Shown here: positions 63,148 to 64,000 of the stretch, piece by piece
How the letters are laid out: every line of letters begins with the position of its first letter
Numbering within the stretch: the stretch's first letter is position 1
Source of the DNA: an uncultured Rivularia sp.
GTDB lineage: Bacteria > Cyanobacteriota > Cyanobacteriia > Cyanobacteriales > Nostocaceae
Assembly: GCA_963665115.1 (NCBI GenBank)
Contig: OY762007.1
Coordinates: 7,744,001-7,808,000, forward strand
Direction: 5' to 3'
DNA length: 64,000 nt
Position numbers and translations under genes: made by a program
Notes under the pieces: generated by a model
Told to the model about the DNA's origin: nothing
The model's input: only the letters and a program-made list of their open reading frames with translations
Database searches by the model: none

Positions 63148-64000
63148 TTATTTTTCACTTAAACAATTTTTAACAATATCAAGAAAGCTATATCCATAAA
63201 TTTGAGTATCCGCTAAATTATTTTTTCTAGCTATTGCTTCCTGATTTACATCTGGTCCTGGTGTAAGATTTACCCACCATTGTTCTAAGATAGCAGCTAA
63301 ATTTTCAGGAGAATTAGGTTTAAAGAAAATGCTATCTGGAGGATTCTGCTCTCTATGAACGGAAATATCAGAAATAATAATAGGTTTACCTAAGCATCTA
63401 GCATCTTCAACAACAGTACTCCATCCTTCAAAAAGTGAAGGTTGAATAACCCCAAGCGAACATCGCATTAACTGAATTTGCTTTAAACGAGGAATCAGTC
63501 CTAATAAATAGACTTGCTTAGTTAAATTTAGTTGATTTATAGTTTGTAAAACTATATTTGAGTAGTTAGGTTCAAGAGGGTCGTTGATGCTACCAGTACA
63601 GACGATAACAGGATAAACTGATTTTTCTTGTAATAATTTTAAAGCTTTAAATATAATCAAATGATTTTTATGTTGCCAAAACTGGTTACTGATTAAGAAA
63701 AACTTTTTAGGGAGAAAATATTCTGCTTGAGTTTTTTCTGGTTCTGCACCATACCATGTAGACATTGGAAATGTTCTAAAAGATAATACCCGAGACTTAT
63801 ATGCATATTCCGGAAAATATTTATGGAAATCTGATTCGGCTGTTTTACTACTCAAAATAACTGTAGAAGAGTATTTTGCAGCACGTCTATATGCTTTTTC
63901 AAAATTATTTATTGTTTGCTTTGTAAATAATTGTGGTAAATGTTTATATTGAAAATCAGGAATCCAAGACGCTGAAGAATAAAGCTTTTTTAGAGGTAAG
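63148..64000 (-). CDS. Glycosyltransferase family 4, N-terminus beyond the window
   Basis: WIPDFQ near the edge, NQFWQHKNH, PSLFEGWSTVVEDA. Confidence 0.88.
   Translation of the reverse strand, partial: LPLKKLYSSASWIPDFQYKHLPQLFTKQTINNFEKAYRRAAKYSSTVILSSKTAESDFHKYFPEYAYKSRVLSFRTFPMSTWYGAEPEKTQAEYFLPKKFFLISNQFWQHKNHLIIFKALKLLQEKSVYPVIVCTGSINDPLEPNYSNIVLQTINQLNLTKQVYLLGLIPRLKQIQLMRCSLGVIQPSLFEGWSTVVEDARCLGKPIIISDISVHREQNPPDSIFFKPNSPENLAAILEQWWVNLTPGPDVNQEAIARKNNLADTQIYGYSFLDIVKNCLSEK

Overview
This is an AT-rich chromosomal window from a filamentous cyanobacterium, probably Nostocales. The evidence is psbA, petL, about 21 HIP1 GCGATCGC sites counted by eye, and heptamer STRR arrays. The dominant structure is a tandemly duplicated, diverged Wzx/Wzy-type polysaccharide operon (copy A 29794-17735, copy B 16893-7875). 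The copies share five core genes, a promoter and non-coding leader blocks, but differ in flippase and tailoring genes (pyruvyltransferase plus two extra GTs versus an FkbM methyltransferase). The middle holds housekeeping genes: malic enzyme, psbA, an MBOAT + DUF1574 pair, ppc, glycerate kinase, SelO/YdiU and bioB-petL-aroB. The right end has no HIP1 sites that I could see and carries toxin-antitoxin relics, an intact DUF433/PIN pair and a third glycosyltransferase cluster. Intergenic DNA contains several REP/MITE-like families, including three ~140-bp direct repeats flanking a Uma2 gene and a MITE with perfect TIRs and an 8-bp target duplication. Six genes are each broken by a +1 homopolymer extension, most likely sequencing error. 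No rRNA, tRNA, CRISPR array or transposase was seen. All calls are by-eye motif recognition; no searches were run.
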